A DNA stretch of 64,000 nucleotides from Octopus bimaculoides. Lineage: Eukaryota. The translations under genes were made by a program, and so were the position numbers. How positions within the stretch are numbered: position 1 is the stretch's first letter; each line of letters begins with the position of its first letter. Of this stretch, positions 1 through 12,352 are shown in pieces. The stretch spans positions 144,286,740-144,350,739 of the forward strand of contig NC_068982.1 of assembly GCF_001194135.2 (NCBI RefSeq). Reading direction: 5' to 3'. Under the pieces are notes generated by a model. That model was not told where the DNA came from. It was given only the letters and a program-made list of their open reading frames with translations, and ran no database searches.

Positions 1-2159
1 ATTTTTTAAACAAACATCTTCAAGTGACAAAAGACACATTACTATCTTTTGTCCATCTTGCATCAGGATCATTTAAAGATCCATAACTGAACTGAATAAA
101 CATTAACAATAGAAACCTTGATATCTTTAGAAAGATAGGTACTTTGGGGAATAAGAACCAAAGATACTCTTACATCATTCATTTTGTTCATATTTACTAG
201 CATTTTCAATCTGAATAATAATAAAAAAATTTTTTTAAACTAGTTTCAGGTTGAAGCTTTAAGGAATTTTACCTTTAAGATTTTTTTTTTTTTTAAAGAA
301 TTATAGCTTTTCATTTATTTCGGGTTATATACTATCTCTAAAGAGAAATGCTAAGAATGAAATAGAAAGAAAGGGGAGACAAAGATGCATAAAAAAAAAA
401 CAGGCAAATTCAATGGTAGGTGATGATGACAATAATGGGACTGTAAGGGATGATAGTGGACATGACACAAAGCTATTTTTAAAAGTTAAAAGAAATTATA
501 AAAACAGCATATGATTTCAGAATTTCACCAAAGCCTTTACCTAATATCATATAATAAAATTATTCAAATTTGCATATGTTGATAAGACCAAAAAAAAAAA
601 AAGCAGCAACAAAACAAAAAGGCAAAACATGAACTGCTTCTCTGTTGGCTAGTTTGGTTTAAAGTACATGTAGTTGATTTTCTGTTAAGCATCATCGATC
701 ATATGTGCAATCATCTAAATGTAAATCAATAAATAAGGTTAACTCCCTTATCACATGCAATTCTTGTATTGTAATGCCGATTTTTCTACCTTCTTTCTTC
801 AAGTATAGGATTTCTGATATCACAATTTAAATGAAGTTTCAAGTTTCAAAATTATATTTTTTGTAGATGTTGTTGATGGTGATGACAACAATGATGATGG
901 AATTTTTTATGATTGATGAGTTAATCATTTCAAAATTCCATGAAGTACCCAGTAGATTTATATTATTAAATTTCATACAAACTGAGAATTAAAAAAAGTG
1001 GAAATAGAGAAGAAATAAAATGTAAGTATTGCTGATTTGGTTCATGCAGACATCAATATAATATTACTTGACAACAGCTGAAAATGATCTGCAATATTGA
1101 ATTAATATTACCTAGTTGATTAATTAATTAGAGGTGACAAATAATCAGACAAATTAACTACACAAATTAGATGAAATAAGAAAAATAGCTTCACAGAAAA
1201 TTACTAATAGTCTAACACTGGTACAAGATTCTTATATAGTCTTTATACTAGTTGGTGCATTAAAAAGTTGCTATAAGGTATGAAAAGTGAGATGTTAATT
1301 TGAATCTTGCACCTTCTTCCAACTGAACAAATACAATGTAGTCATTTCATTCAGTTAATAATCTTGGATATTTAGTTACTCATTCATTTTCATAGTTTTA
1401 GTCTATTATCAATACATGCAGTAACAACACATTTAATAATGTTGCTATGATAAAATCATAACTATTAAGAACTTTATTTGACAAGAAAATGGAAATGGCT
1501 ACAGTACATTACCTTATTCTAAGTTTAAACTTTATTTGATCATAAGCAATATTGATTTTGTTAAATATATCAATATTATTTAAGCCTTATTTCATCATAA
1601 GCAATTATTGTTTTTTCATACTAAACATAATTATTTTTAGATATGAACACAAGAATTATAAAAATATACATGAACTATTTAATTCCAACCAATAAAGAGA
1701 TGAAAAGAAAATGATTCTTCCATAATTCATATATTTCAGTTAAAAAAGCTCCTAAATTTGTAAGTGATAATATTATGAAGACACACAGATCTGAAGAAGT
1801 GGAAAAATGTTGATTCTCACTGAGCAATACCAGATGAAAAGAAGATCCACATCATATTTAGCATCACAATATAAGACTATCTTCATTTACATGGTTGGTC
1901 AATGTAAGAAATAGCAGCCTAATCTCTCTCAAATTACAACTATCCATTTTAAAGAAAGCAAAGACACATCGTTTAATGTAGTTCTAGATACACTCCATCT
2001 GAAAAGAAGATAAGATGGTCATAGCATGATGCCCCATCAAAATTCTGACAATAAGAATGATGATTATACACAACAAAGTTGCTGTAATGATACTGAATCC
2101 CCACAATTCAAATATATAATTATTAAAATATATTATTAATTAATATATTTCAATTCTCT

Positions 2160-2375
2160 AAGGCGGCAAGCAGGCAGAATTGTTAGCATATGAGGCAAAA
2201 TGCTAAGTGGCATTTTGTCCATCTATGTTCTGAGTTCAAATTCTGCTGAGGTTGATTTTGCCTTTCATCCTTTTGGAATCAATAAAATAAATACCAGTTA
2301 AGCATGGGAATTGATGTAATCAGCTTGCCCCTTTTTCATGAAATTGCTGACCTTGTGCCAAAATTTGAAAACAAT
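2160..2375 (+). mobile_element. SINE family A (tRNA-like head; central gcctttcatccttt..gataaaataagtaccagttg motif, Meta-domain-like)
   Basis: The same ~215-bp sequence recurs at 16150-16345(-), 19846-20060(+), 20077-20235(+), 31981-32650(+, x3) and 39545-39745(+), with decayed copies near 16570, 21880, 36240 and 38100. The superfamily label is inference. Confidence 0.85.
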
Positions 2376-3798
2376 ATATTTCAATTCTCAAATATTTAAT
2401 GATTAATAACACATTACTTTCTAAAATTTAATTATCTAATTGGCTTTTTAAAATATAGTCTATATTTAAGGATTCTAAAATAGTTTATTTAGTTAAATAT
2501 TGAATTCCAGAACTGAAATGTAAGTTCAGTTCTTAGCTGCCAACATTTGTTTAAAAATGGTAAATTATTCTTTTCATGATTATATGCAAGCATTGTATTT
2601 TGGTTTGTCAAGCTGAAAACTTTGAATTTAACCTTGAAAAGAAACTTGCATCAAGCTCAGTAGTTACAGAAATAATGGAAGTATCTGATGAACATAAGCA
2701 AACAGTCAGGAAATAAAAAAAAAAAGTAAAAAGAAAAAAAACCTGCAAGAAGAAATGTCATATCTGAAGATGTAAACATCTAAGGTATCCTGAGAAACAA
2801 AAGCAAAGCAAAACATAAGAAAGAAATAAAACATCTTTCACAACAATCCCTTCAAAAGTCCGTTTTCTTTACAACAATTCCATGTAAGGAAAATAATTGC
2901 TCTTGGAAAGACAAAATATGATATGAAAAACTAAATGCCGACAAAAGCAGGCATGTGAAAGAAGCAAAAATAGAAGCATGCAAATCTAACTAGTCAACAT
3001 TCTTCACAATTTTAACATGCCAACAAGCAGATATATTGGAAAATCTCACATTACATATTAAAATAAACATTATCCTGGAAAACTGATAAAAAGAAAATCA
3101 GAACCATATTTTATGATGCTTTGTTGATTAGATCAATCATCAATCAACATTAGGTCAATCATTATCATCATCATTATCAAGTGTTTGAAATGTTTTTACA
3201 TGGCATTAAAATAAACAAACTAACGTGAGTCACTAAAAACTGTTTTATATTTGCTGGCTATTTTGTTAGGTCAAGTTTAAAACCCTTCATTTAAAATTTG
3301 CCAATCCTTTATCTATCACATAGCACTTGATCCATTTCTGACATAAACAACATCTGGCACTTTTAACTTCTAATATCTTTTTGAAGTCCTCTTAAACTGT
3401 TGCTATATTTTAGAGAAAATTACTACATTTAAGAGGACATGTTAGAAATAATAAAATAAATAAAAATAGATAGCATCATAACCACTGACATTGTAGTGTC
3501 TTTTACTCAAGATTTAATTTAAATCCTTTAATAAGTGTCCACCGTTTTTGGTTTATTTAGGTTGTACTTGAATTGGAGATTAGACCTTTATTATTCTAAA
3601 TGACATGATGAAAACAAATATCAATAATATAATGCTAGATGTCAAACAAGATGAAGGATGTTATAAATCTGTTCCATGCACATATGAGTCCATATGAAGA
3701 CTGATGTAATTGTAAATAAAGAAATCTAAAAACAATGCAACAATTACAATTGTATTGTAATCTAGTGCAGTTAGATAATACTCTATACCACACGTGCA

Positions 3799-3875
<77 letters not shown>

Positions 3876-4692
3876 CAGACTAGATCAGTAGGGAATAATT
3901 TAATAGTTAGGTTAAAAAGTTACGCTTTTGTTATGCCGACTGTTATATTTTAGAATAATCTTCCGTTTTAACTGCTGGAATCTCCTTGCAACAAATTCCC
4001 AGGAATTGTCTTAGTTCAAATGTTCAGTAAACAATGTGTTAATGAATTGTAAGATATGGAAATATTTGCCCATAACAATTTTGAACTTCAAAAATAGTAT
4101 TAAAATATTTTTTAACTAACTCACAAAACCACTTTCTAAAAATATATTTTTCAACATTTTCTTTTTTGTTCCACTGACCATAATCCTTAAAATAGAGGTA
4201 AGTAAATATTAAGAAATAATCCTTGTAAGATATCTTAAGTGCATACCAGTTATTACAAATATCACTGATTACATTAAGTGTACTTGAAAATGGCCATGAT
4301 TACTTGACTATTGGAAACAAGGAATAAAGGTTGAATAGAATAAGAAAATACAATCAAATCAACTACCTACTTACACAGTTGGTCAACTGACATGTTTCTT
4401 GTTTTACAGTAAAACAGAACTAAATTTTTTAAAATGGTACAGAATATGAAGTCATACAAGTCAGCTGATATCTTCAGTGAGAGTTCTACTGATGAAGAAG
4501 TTGTTTCAAAAGCAACATAAACTGATAATTGCTAGCAAGGACCCAATATTTTGTGTTAGCAGTGCAGTATTCTCATTTTTAAGTTTATAGATTTTCTATA
4601 GAATTCAGAGTCAGCACTGAAAGTTATGACATTTCATATATGAATATATTTATGTAAATAATACAACTGCAGATGCAAGGAATAGGTAATGG

Positions 4693-4726
<34 letters not shown>

Positions 4727-4799
4727 ACTCTTGAAATATGCATTGTTTACATAAACGTGTTCATATACAAAACATTATAACTTTTAGTATTCGATCTGA

Positions 4800-5210
4800 A
4801 TTCTAAAGGAAATCTGTAGAGATAAAATGAAAATGATAATTGTTTCTCTTGCTTGGGAGCATCAAGGAACTATAAAAAAAAAATGCAAAGAAGCATTTAA
4901 GGACTCTAGCAAAGTAAGAGGAGAAAATTTATTTCAATTGAGAATAAAAGCTGAGTTGCTTTATCTTGCCAGGGTGATGAAGAAAGTAACTGCCATACAA
5001 GTAGTTGTAGGGGAACCAGGAGCATTAACAACCTAGTTTGAGAAATTTGTTAAGAAAACTAGGGTTGACATACGAGTAGAACATGCCCAGAAAACTGCTT
5101 CATTGGCAATGACAAGGATTTTCAGATTGGCACTTGTATGTTAAGTATCTTGGAAAGAGAACCTGTGAGACCCTTGATAACAGGTTATTGTCTACTCTTA
5201 CAGAATTAGC
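4800..5210 (+). mobile_element. Decayed 3' end (RLE region) of an R4/Dong-like non-LTR retrotransposon
   Basis: Translates to KKVTAIQVVVGEPGALTT*FEKFVKKTRVDIRVEHAQKTASLAMTRIFR, resembling the clade C-terminus VIPVVVGALG..LQKTALLGTARILR. Confidence 0.6.
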
Positions 5211-5439
5211 CAGAGCAAGTGAAATCAAGAGCTCTGAGATGTGAAATGATAATGATAACCACAACACAGGAGAACATGCTTTAGTAAATGTGAGCACTTC
5301 TTCCAAAATAAAAAGTTATTTGAATCAAATAACTTAAGATTCTTCAGAACATAAACAAACAAAACCAGAAACAAATTAAATAAAACTGGAAGACACATCA
5401 TCATTGATGAAGACTCTAGCATTTAGGAGAGAATCATCA

Positions 5440-6560
5440 TCATAGCACCATAAGCATGTTGGTCCCCATCGGTGACAAGAAAGTCACCAACATATCAAGA
5501 ACTTTAGACAACTACAAAGTTCCTGGGATTGAAAAAGACCCTACTTCCTGGCTAAAGTACGAGACCAATACCCATGGGTACATGGGATAATATTCAATGA
5601 ATTAGTAAGCAAACCAGAATCAATACCTGATTGAGTGTTGGAGGGGAAAATAACATTAATTACCCACAAACAAAAATATCAAGGAAAAGTATTACTTATT
5701 TGCACATAACATACAAAGATGTTAAACCTATACACTATAATGGACAGGTCACTCACCTGGAGAGCATTAGTATGATATGAGAGAAGTAGACAAGATACCG
5801 GAAGGGGATGTATGACTTTAAAGAGCTGCTACAAGTGAACAAAGCTATTATAACAGTAAAAAGAAGAACAAACTTTAGCATGACCTCAATTGATTACCAA
5901 AAGTATTGTGTATACCATACTGTTGGATATCTGATACACTCTATGTAAATAAAATAGATCTAATATAGCAAGATACATGAAACATGCTATGTCAAAATGA
6001 AAAACAACATTGTTACTACAAGGTAAAGTAAGGATAATTAAAACCAGTCTTCCAATCATAAAAAGAGAAATTTTCCAGTGAGACTCATCATGCCTTCTCC
6101 TTTTTCAGCTTACTCTGACTTCAATAACAAATCTACTTAATGAGACTGAATGGTTAAAGCTGCTCCAGACAACCCATACATAATTTCCTCTCCAAGCAGG
6201 ATTAGAAAAAATTTCACAAGGGATTTCATAATACCCAGTTGGAAAACCTTCGAAAAACCATTTAGAAATTTAGACAAGACATAAAACTGCCAATTACCAT
6301 AAGTATAAGCACATGAAATAAAACTGTCAATATGATATTACATTCTGACATGAGACTAAATCCACTAATACAAATAGAATTAGATGTAACTGATCAAATA
6401 TATAAAGAACAAAGGAGAAAATCAGAAAATGTGTTTAGACCTGGAGAGGGATGTGTCTTTAGATGCTCAAGACATGCTGGATATCACAACCAGTGTTATC
6501 CCAGTAGGTGTCAAAGGTGCTGCAGCAATGGAATCCAAGAGATCCATGGACCCCACAAAA
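5440..6560 (+). mobile_element. Decayed reverse transcriptase of an R4/Dong-like non-LTR retrotransposon
   Basis: Broken frames give NYKVPGI..SWLK, PESIPD*VLEGKITLI, ELLQVNKAI, SIDYQK and IKREIFQ*DSS. These correspond to WKAPGPD..FWLK, QLLINKAI, WIDYKKAFD and RGIFQGDSLS. Confidence 0.65.
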
Positions 6561-6642
6561 AATGATTAATCAGTTAATTACATACACAAGACATGTTGGT
6601 GTTTACCTTGATGATAATAGTGATTTTACATATATATATAAA

Positions 6643-7001
6643 TCCAAATTGATGGAGTGGAGCAGGTAAAATCCAGGCTACACATGTATCTTAACTAGCA
6701 AATCCTCTGATGTAATAATGACTCAACAAAGGGTATTCAGCTAGCTCCTCGTCAGGCTGAAGATACCTTAATTATATGAAGGTCACTTTGTCATTAAGGA
6801 ATCCCAATTTGAAAATTATATCTTCAGTGAGTTCTCTTGGGATTCCTTAATGACAAAGTGACCTTCATATAATTAAGGTATCTTCAGCCTGACGAGAAGC
6901 TAGCTGAATACCCTTTGTTGAGTAATTATTACATCACAGGATCTGCTAGTTAAGATACAAGTGTAGCCTGGATTTTACTTGCTCCACTCCCTTAATTTGG
7001 A
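6643..7001. repeat. Fold-back inverted repeat, 165-bp arms, 29-bp spacer
   Basis: Arms at 6643-6807 and 6837-7001; 8 mismatches by hand alignment. Confidence 0.95.
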
Positions 7002-7143
7002 CCTTTATTTGCATTCATAGCAACTGAAGTTGCCAACTGTGAGCTATAAAAAAATTTTTTCAGCTTATCAAACTTTGATATGGGAAAAGCTTACAACCTT
7101 TGACACCAATAAATCATTTTTGTTCCTATTTTGAGAAACACTG

Positions 7144-7225
7144 ATGTACACATATAAAATGGTCCAACTTACACAGATTAGAAATTTCAAATCTGTTTAA
7201 GTTGGACCTTTTTATATGTATACAT
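7144..7225. repeat. 82-bp imperfect palindrome with no spacer
   Basis: 37 of 41 positions pair, centred on GAAA|TTTC. Confidence 0.9.
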
Positions 7226-7377
7226 ATATACATTTTTTGTATTTCAGGTATTTAATATACTACATATATTGATCCAATTTGCTTATCCCTACATTTACCT
7301 CTATACCAGCTCAAGTTTAACTTTCTTGAGCACTACAAATGTATTCTATATGGAGAATATTTTGGATCACATCTAAG

Positions 7378-7421
<44 letters not shown>

Positions 7422-7999
7422 TGATGGGGAAGGGTACCCATTTCTGTAGTACAGCACTTAGGCTCAGAAGCATGTATATGATGATGATACAGCAGAAACT
7501 CACATAACAATGGTGGTGGTAATGATGATTTCTATATTAATATCTTCAAACAAAATGAGACATATTGAACTAAGGAAGTTGACAAAATTTGACTAATAAA
7601 TGACTAATAAATGAAATACTAGTTATGTGTATATTGTTATTCCACTCCAGTAGGTTTTCCTGTTCAACTGGGAATGGTTGTGGAAACATCTTTGAAAAGG
7701 ACTTTGCCTAATGCATACATACCATATAAAGCTGTATATGTTGAAACACTCCCTCCCACTTACTCTGTATCTCTGCCTCTTTCTCTTCTTCTCCACATCT
7801 TTCTCTCTCCTTGCCTCTCGCCCACTGTGTCAGTCAATAAAATTAAAAATAGAATCACCATCAACATTTTAATGACTATCTTTGTTGTGTTGAGGTGTGG
7901 TCATCACACGATGATGACGGTGATAATGATGATAATAAAGTGACAAAGTAATTATCAAAAATTTGTCCTATAAGTCGTTTAGCACAAAATTCTAAGCCG

Positions 8000-8358
8000 A
8001 CACGTAAAATACACCATTTCGAGCGTGGCCGTCGATTGTTACCAGCGTCGCCTCCCTGGCACTTGAAAATACATATGAGCGAGATCGTTGTCAGTGCCGA
8101 TGGACTGGCTCCTGTGCAGGTGGCACGTAAAATACACCATTTCTAGCGTGGCCCTCGCCAGTACTGCCTCAGTGGCACATAAAAGCACCCACTACACTCT
8201 CGGAGTGGTTGGCGTTAGGAAGAGCATCCAGCTGTAGAAACTCTGCCAAATCAGACTGGAGCTTGGTGTCGCCTCCTGGTCCACCAGTCCTAAGTCAAAT
8301 CGTCCAACCCATGCTAGCATGGAAAGCAGACGTTAAACGATGATGATGATGATGATGA
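8000..8358 (+). mobile_element. SINE-like family C sharing the RTE 3' tail, ending in (GAT)n
   Basis: Contains ccactacactctcggagtggttggcgttaggaag..aaatcgtccaacccatgctagcatggaaagc..gttaaacgatgatgat. Related pieces at 38540-38760(-), 39220-39320(+), 41335-41510(-), 50744-50811(-) and 55065-55325(+), and in the LINE end at 57700-57877. Confidence 0.85.
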
Positions 8359-8479
8359 AATTTTCTACTGGCCTTCCTGCTACCAACCATAATATTTTGT
8401 CCATGGCTGGATGTGTTTTTGCAGATGACTGGAAATGAATTACATTGCTTGTATAATAAGGATACTAACACACACACAA

Positions 8480-8517
<38 letters not shown>

Positions 8518-8518
8518 A

Positions 8519-9264
8519 GAAAGAAAGAAAATGGAGAAAGATGGATGTATGAATAATTTATTTGTATGATACAAAGATGTTGAAATTTTTTAAAAATATA
8601 ACAACACAAATAAATTATAAGCCGTAAAGATCAAAAATAAAATGGGACATATGAAAAAACCTACATATATGTTTCAGTTCTAGCCCCTAGCTGATATGCA
8701 ATTCTAAGCATTTGGTTATATGCTAAGAAAGTAATATTCTGTATGTATCCTTTAACCCTTTAGCATTTAAACCGGCCATATCCGGCCAAAAGTATTCTGC
8801 CTGTTTTATGTTCAAACTGGCCAGATCTAGTCTCTCATACCAACCCTACAATATGGTTTTAAAAATTAACAGCTACCTCATCAAAATCTCATAGCTACAA
8901 GATAATGTATGATTAGTTCAAAACAATGTAGATGAAAAAGCATTAATTTTGGCAGAATAATGCGAACACTAAAGGGTTAAAGGAAAATGCTAAGCTTAGT
9001 TCTATAAGCTCATAATAACCCTGAAGAAGTTCTGCCCATATAGTTTAAAATGATACTTTTCTTAGCATAGAATTAAATGCTTAGAATTGCATATCAACTA
9101 AGGGCTAGAACTGAAACATATATGTAAGTTTTTTCACGTCCCATTTTCTTTTTGAGCATTACAATTTATAATTTATTTGTATTATGTTTTTAAAAAATTT
9201 CAACATCTTTATATCATACAAATAAATTATTCACACATCCACCTTTCTTCATTTTCTTTCTTTC
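8519..9264. repeat. Fold-back inverted repeat, ~215-bp arms, MITE in spacer
   Basis: 8519-8733 is the reverse complement of 9054-9264 at roughly 85% identity. Confidence 0.92.
8756..8976. mobile_element. piggyBac-type MITE (221 bp), TTAA target-site duplication
   Basis: Structure TTAA|CCCTTTAG...CTAAAGGG|TTAA. A 5'-decayed copy lies at ~20630-20820. Confidence 0.85.
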
Positions 9265-9335
9265 AATATTAATATGTATTACTACAATAATCCCTAATAT
9301 ATTGTTGAGACTTTCGCATTATGATAGTGATTAAA

Positions 9336-9445
<110 letters not shown>

Positions 9446-9666
9446 AATAATAATAAGGATTCAGATAGAATCAGGTACTTGAAAAGATAAGCACTAGGTA
9501 GGGTTGGATAAACCTGTGGTCACCACCTACAGTTGATAAATATCTAGTAGGATATTCTGGTTGGGTGTACAGAGAAAACCAACCCTATGAGTATTTAGTC
9601 TCAGGGGGCTTGTCCAAAGCACACATTACATTGATTGTATGTTGTTGATATACTCCAAGGTGTCTG

Positions 9667-10137
9667 ACATGTTGTAAATCCCTATGGTGTATTATAATCA
9701 AATGAATAATAGCAGACAATTATCCATTAACTGTTATCATTCATTTGATACATATACATATATGACGGGCTTCTTTCAGTTTCCGTCTACCAAATCCATT
9801 TGCAAGGCTTTGATCAGCCTGAGGCTATAGTAAAAGACACTTGCCCAAGGTGCCACACAAGGTAACTGAACCAGAACCGTGTGGTTGGAAAACAAGCTTT
9901 TTACTACACAGTCACACCCATGCTTATATATATATATATATATATATGTGGCACCTTGGGCAAGTGTCTTTTACTATAGCCTCAGGCTGATCAAAGCCTT
10001 GCAAATGGATTTGGTAGACGGAAACTGAAAGAAGCCCGTCATATATGTATATGTATCAAATGAATAATAACAGTTAATGGATAATTGTCTGCTATTATTC
10101 ATTTGATTATAATACACCATAGGGATTTACAACATGT
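9667..10137. repeat. Near-perfect fold-back inverted repeat, 191-bp arms, 89-bp spacer
   Basis: 9667-9857 vs 9947-10137, one mismatch (9738). The arms span a SINE-B part plus flanking non-SINE DNA. Confidence 0.95.
9765..9925 (-). mobile_element. SINE family B (CORE-like ttgggcaagtgtcttctactatagcc; octopus OR2-type by inference)
   Basis: Copies also at 14275-14330(-), 15950-16060(-), 26505-26830(+), 27540-27905(+) and 40560-40710(+). Confidence 0.85.
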
Positions 10138-10211
10138 ATGTATACATACACACACTTTTCCCTCCCCCTTCTCTCACTCTTCAAATTGTACATAATATAC
10201 ATTTAGATAGT

Positions 10212-10251
<40 letters not shown>

Positions 10252-11671
10252 CAAAGATTTGAAAAGAGAGAGAGAGAGAGTGAGACAGTAAAATAAAGAG
10301 AGACAGATAGTAAGAAAAAGTTCATAGAGTGATAAAACATCACAGTAGGGTTTTCAGCATTATACCATATGAGCAAAAAATTAAAATTCCAGTCTACAAT
10401 GTTGAAACATTTATGTCATCAGTGTAAGAGATCCTCAAATGTCAACAGTTTGGGGATGTTTTTGAAGACAACTGAACAAACTGATTCTTGTAATGCTTTT
10501 TTCCCTGTTAACATTTTTCTTTTCCAAAGATAATAATATGATGTTTCATATGTACTGGAGCAGCAGTCCTAGTTCAAACAAATTATGCTTCTAACTGACT
10601 AGCCATAAATGCAAGTAAAGTTTGAAATGATATTTAATGATATCTGCTCAGTGTGTTTATATTTAATAATTTGGAATAAAATAAAAAATTGAAAATAATT
10701 TTCAAATTAACAGGGGGGTTTTTTCCCCTCCTAAATGCCACCAACAAATTCAAATCTGTGTTGTCATGCCAACAGACAAACACAAACAGAAATTGGATAT
10801 TTTAGAATTTTTTTTCTATCTCTTTATCCTATCCTAGTGCCATTAATTACCAAGATGTGCTGCAATGTACTGGAGCTTCTCAGTTTTCAAAATGTTAGCA
10901 GTTGTCAAATATTTCTCACCATCACTATTCCAGATATGACATGGTTCTATTACAGGCTTAGCTTATTAGAGAGATTTCAACTTAGCACTAGGACTTAATG
11001 AAACATTAATTAATTATACAGTGCTTTTGCTGTTTTTAATTGCTAATCTACACATACTCAAGATATCAGTAGCAGCAGCAATAGTAGAAATAGTTGATAT
11101 TTACTTCCAAGTTTGATTCAAAAGGCACATTCCAAATGTAACTAACTTTATATATCAAGGACTGCATTTTTTAAAACAGCAGGGTGTGATTTGGGTGCTA
11201 TTTCTAGGAAGTTAATCTTACACTTTGATGATTCTTGGTTTGTGTGTAAGCTAGGAGAAAGAGACCAGCAAAAGCTATGTTCTGTCAACACTGAAGTACT
11301 GTGAATTGTAAATACTTTGATTTCTGATCAAATCAGGAAGTTGTGACTTACAAAATATTAGTATAATGAATACTTCAGTATTCATTGCGCTAAAGGCATT
11401 ACATAAATATTGACATCAAACTAATATGTTGAAACTAAGAAAAATGTCCCTTTCTTTGTGACTTTGGGTTTGTATTTTTCTTACTTTGTGGTAACTAGAC
11501 CTGATTGACTTCGATACTAATGTTATAGCTATTTTTATTGGGGAGTATAAATGTAACACAAAATATATAGGTAACTAGTTATATATGTAATTTTTGAGAA
11601 CAGCAATGACTAAGATCATGTATATATGCATGCACACATGCATGTATGTTAAATTGAAGTTATTATTTTAA

Positions 11672-11909
11672 CCCTTGTGATACTCCACTGAGACTGTCCC
11701 TGGTTCTATAATAAAATCTTCATCTTTTAAAGTGATCTAAATTTAAATATTCCATCAAAACTTCATGTTACTTTATGTTCCAAAACACCAGCTTAATAAT
11801 GACTTGATTAGTTACTAATAATGACTTGATTAGTAAATTTATTATTTTAAAACTTAATTGAAATGAAATCAATGTATTTCAACAGAAACTTGGTAACAAA
11901 TTGTAAGGG
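11672..11909. mobile_element. TTAA-associated MITE, second family, decayed right end
   Basis: Starts TTAA|CCCTTG and shares internal sequence (ttatgttccaaa.cacc..cttaataatga) with 26249-26451. Confidence 0.6.
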
Positions 11910-11914
11910 TCTTT

Positions 11915-12352
11915 GAGAGGGGACACATTTCTGCTCCATAGATTATCTAATGACTACAGTCTGTGAGTGAATCTCTGGTGTTACCTTCAGGAACTACTAC
12001 CTTACCAACCTGGATACAAATGACACCACCCTATTCAGCAACTCAACCAATCTGCTCAGGGGCACACTGACCATATACCAAGAGGAATCAGCAAAGCTTG
12101 GCCTTCAAGTGAGTTGGGTGAAACCCAAGCTGATGGCCTGGATCCTTCCTTTCTCCATATTGACCCCGGTGTCATGAAGTTTGTCAGCTCCTTCATCTAC
12201 CTGGGCTCCACAGTCACCAACAATGGAGACCTGACCCTGGAAAACAACTGCAGATGTGGTCTGGTCACTGGGGTCATGTACTCCCTATGGAACCACTGCT
12301 CTATCTCCGAGAAGATGAAGCTCCACATTTACAACATGTCAGCCTCCAGATA
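11915..12352 (+). mobile_element. RTE-clade reverse transcriptase fragment (pseudogenised)
   Basis: Translates to DDTTL, EESAKLGLQVSWVKPKLM, KFVSSFIYLGSTVTNNG and EKMKLHIYN. Confidence 0.8.

Noticed and set aside
2845-2885. Minus-strand RKRTFEG resembling the missing FRMD4 RRTFG exon
   Set aside because: In-frame stop immediately upstream, no splice sites, and no downstream QHQFYLD.
3635-3953. VCVC/THTH ORFs here and at 13743, 17833, 23215, 33101 and 54147
   Set aside because: Translations of microsatellites and N gaps.
4410-4520. Plus-strand acceptor followed by MVQNMKSYKSADIFSESSTDEEVVSKAT*
   Set aside because: 28 codons, no donor, no homology.
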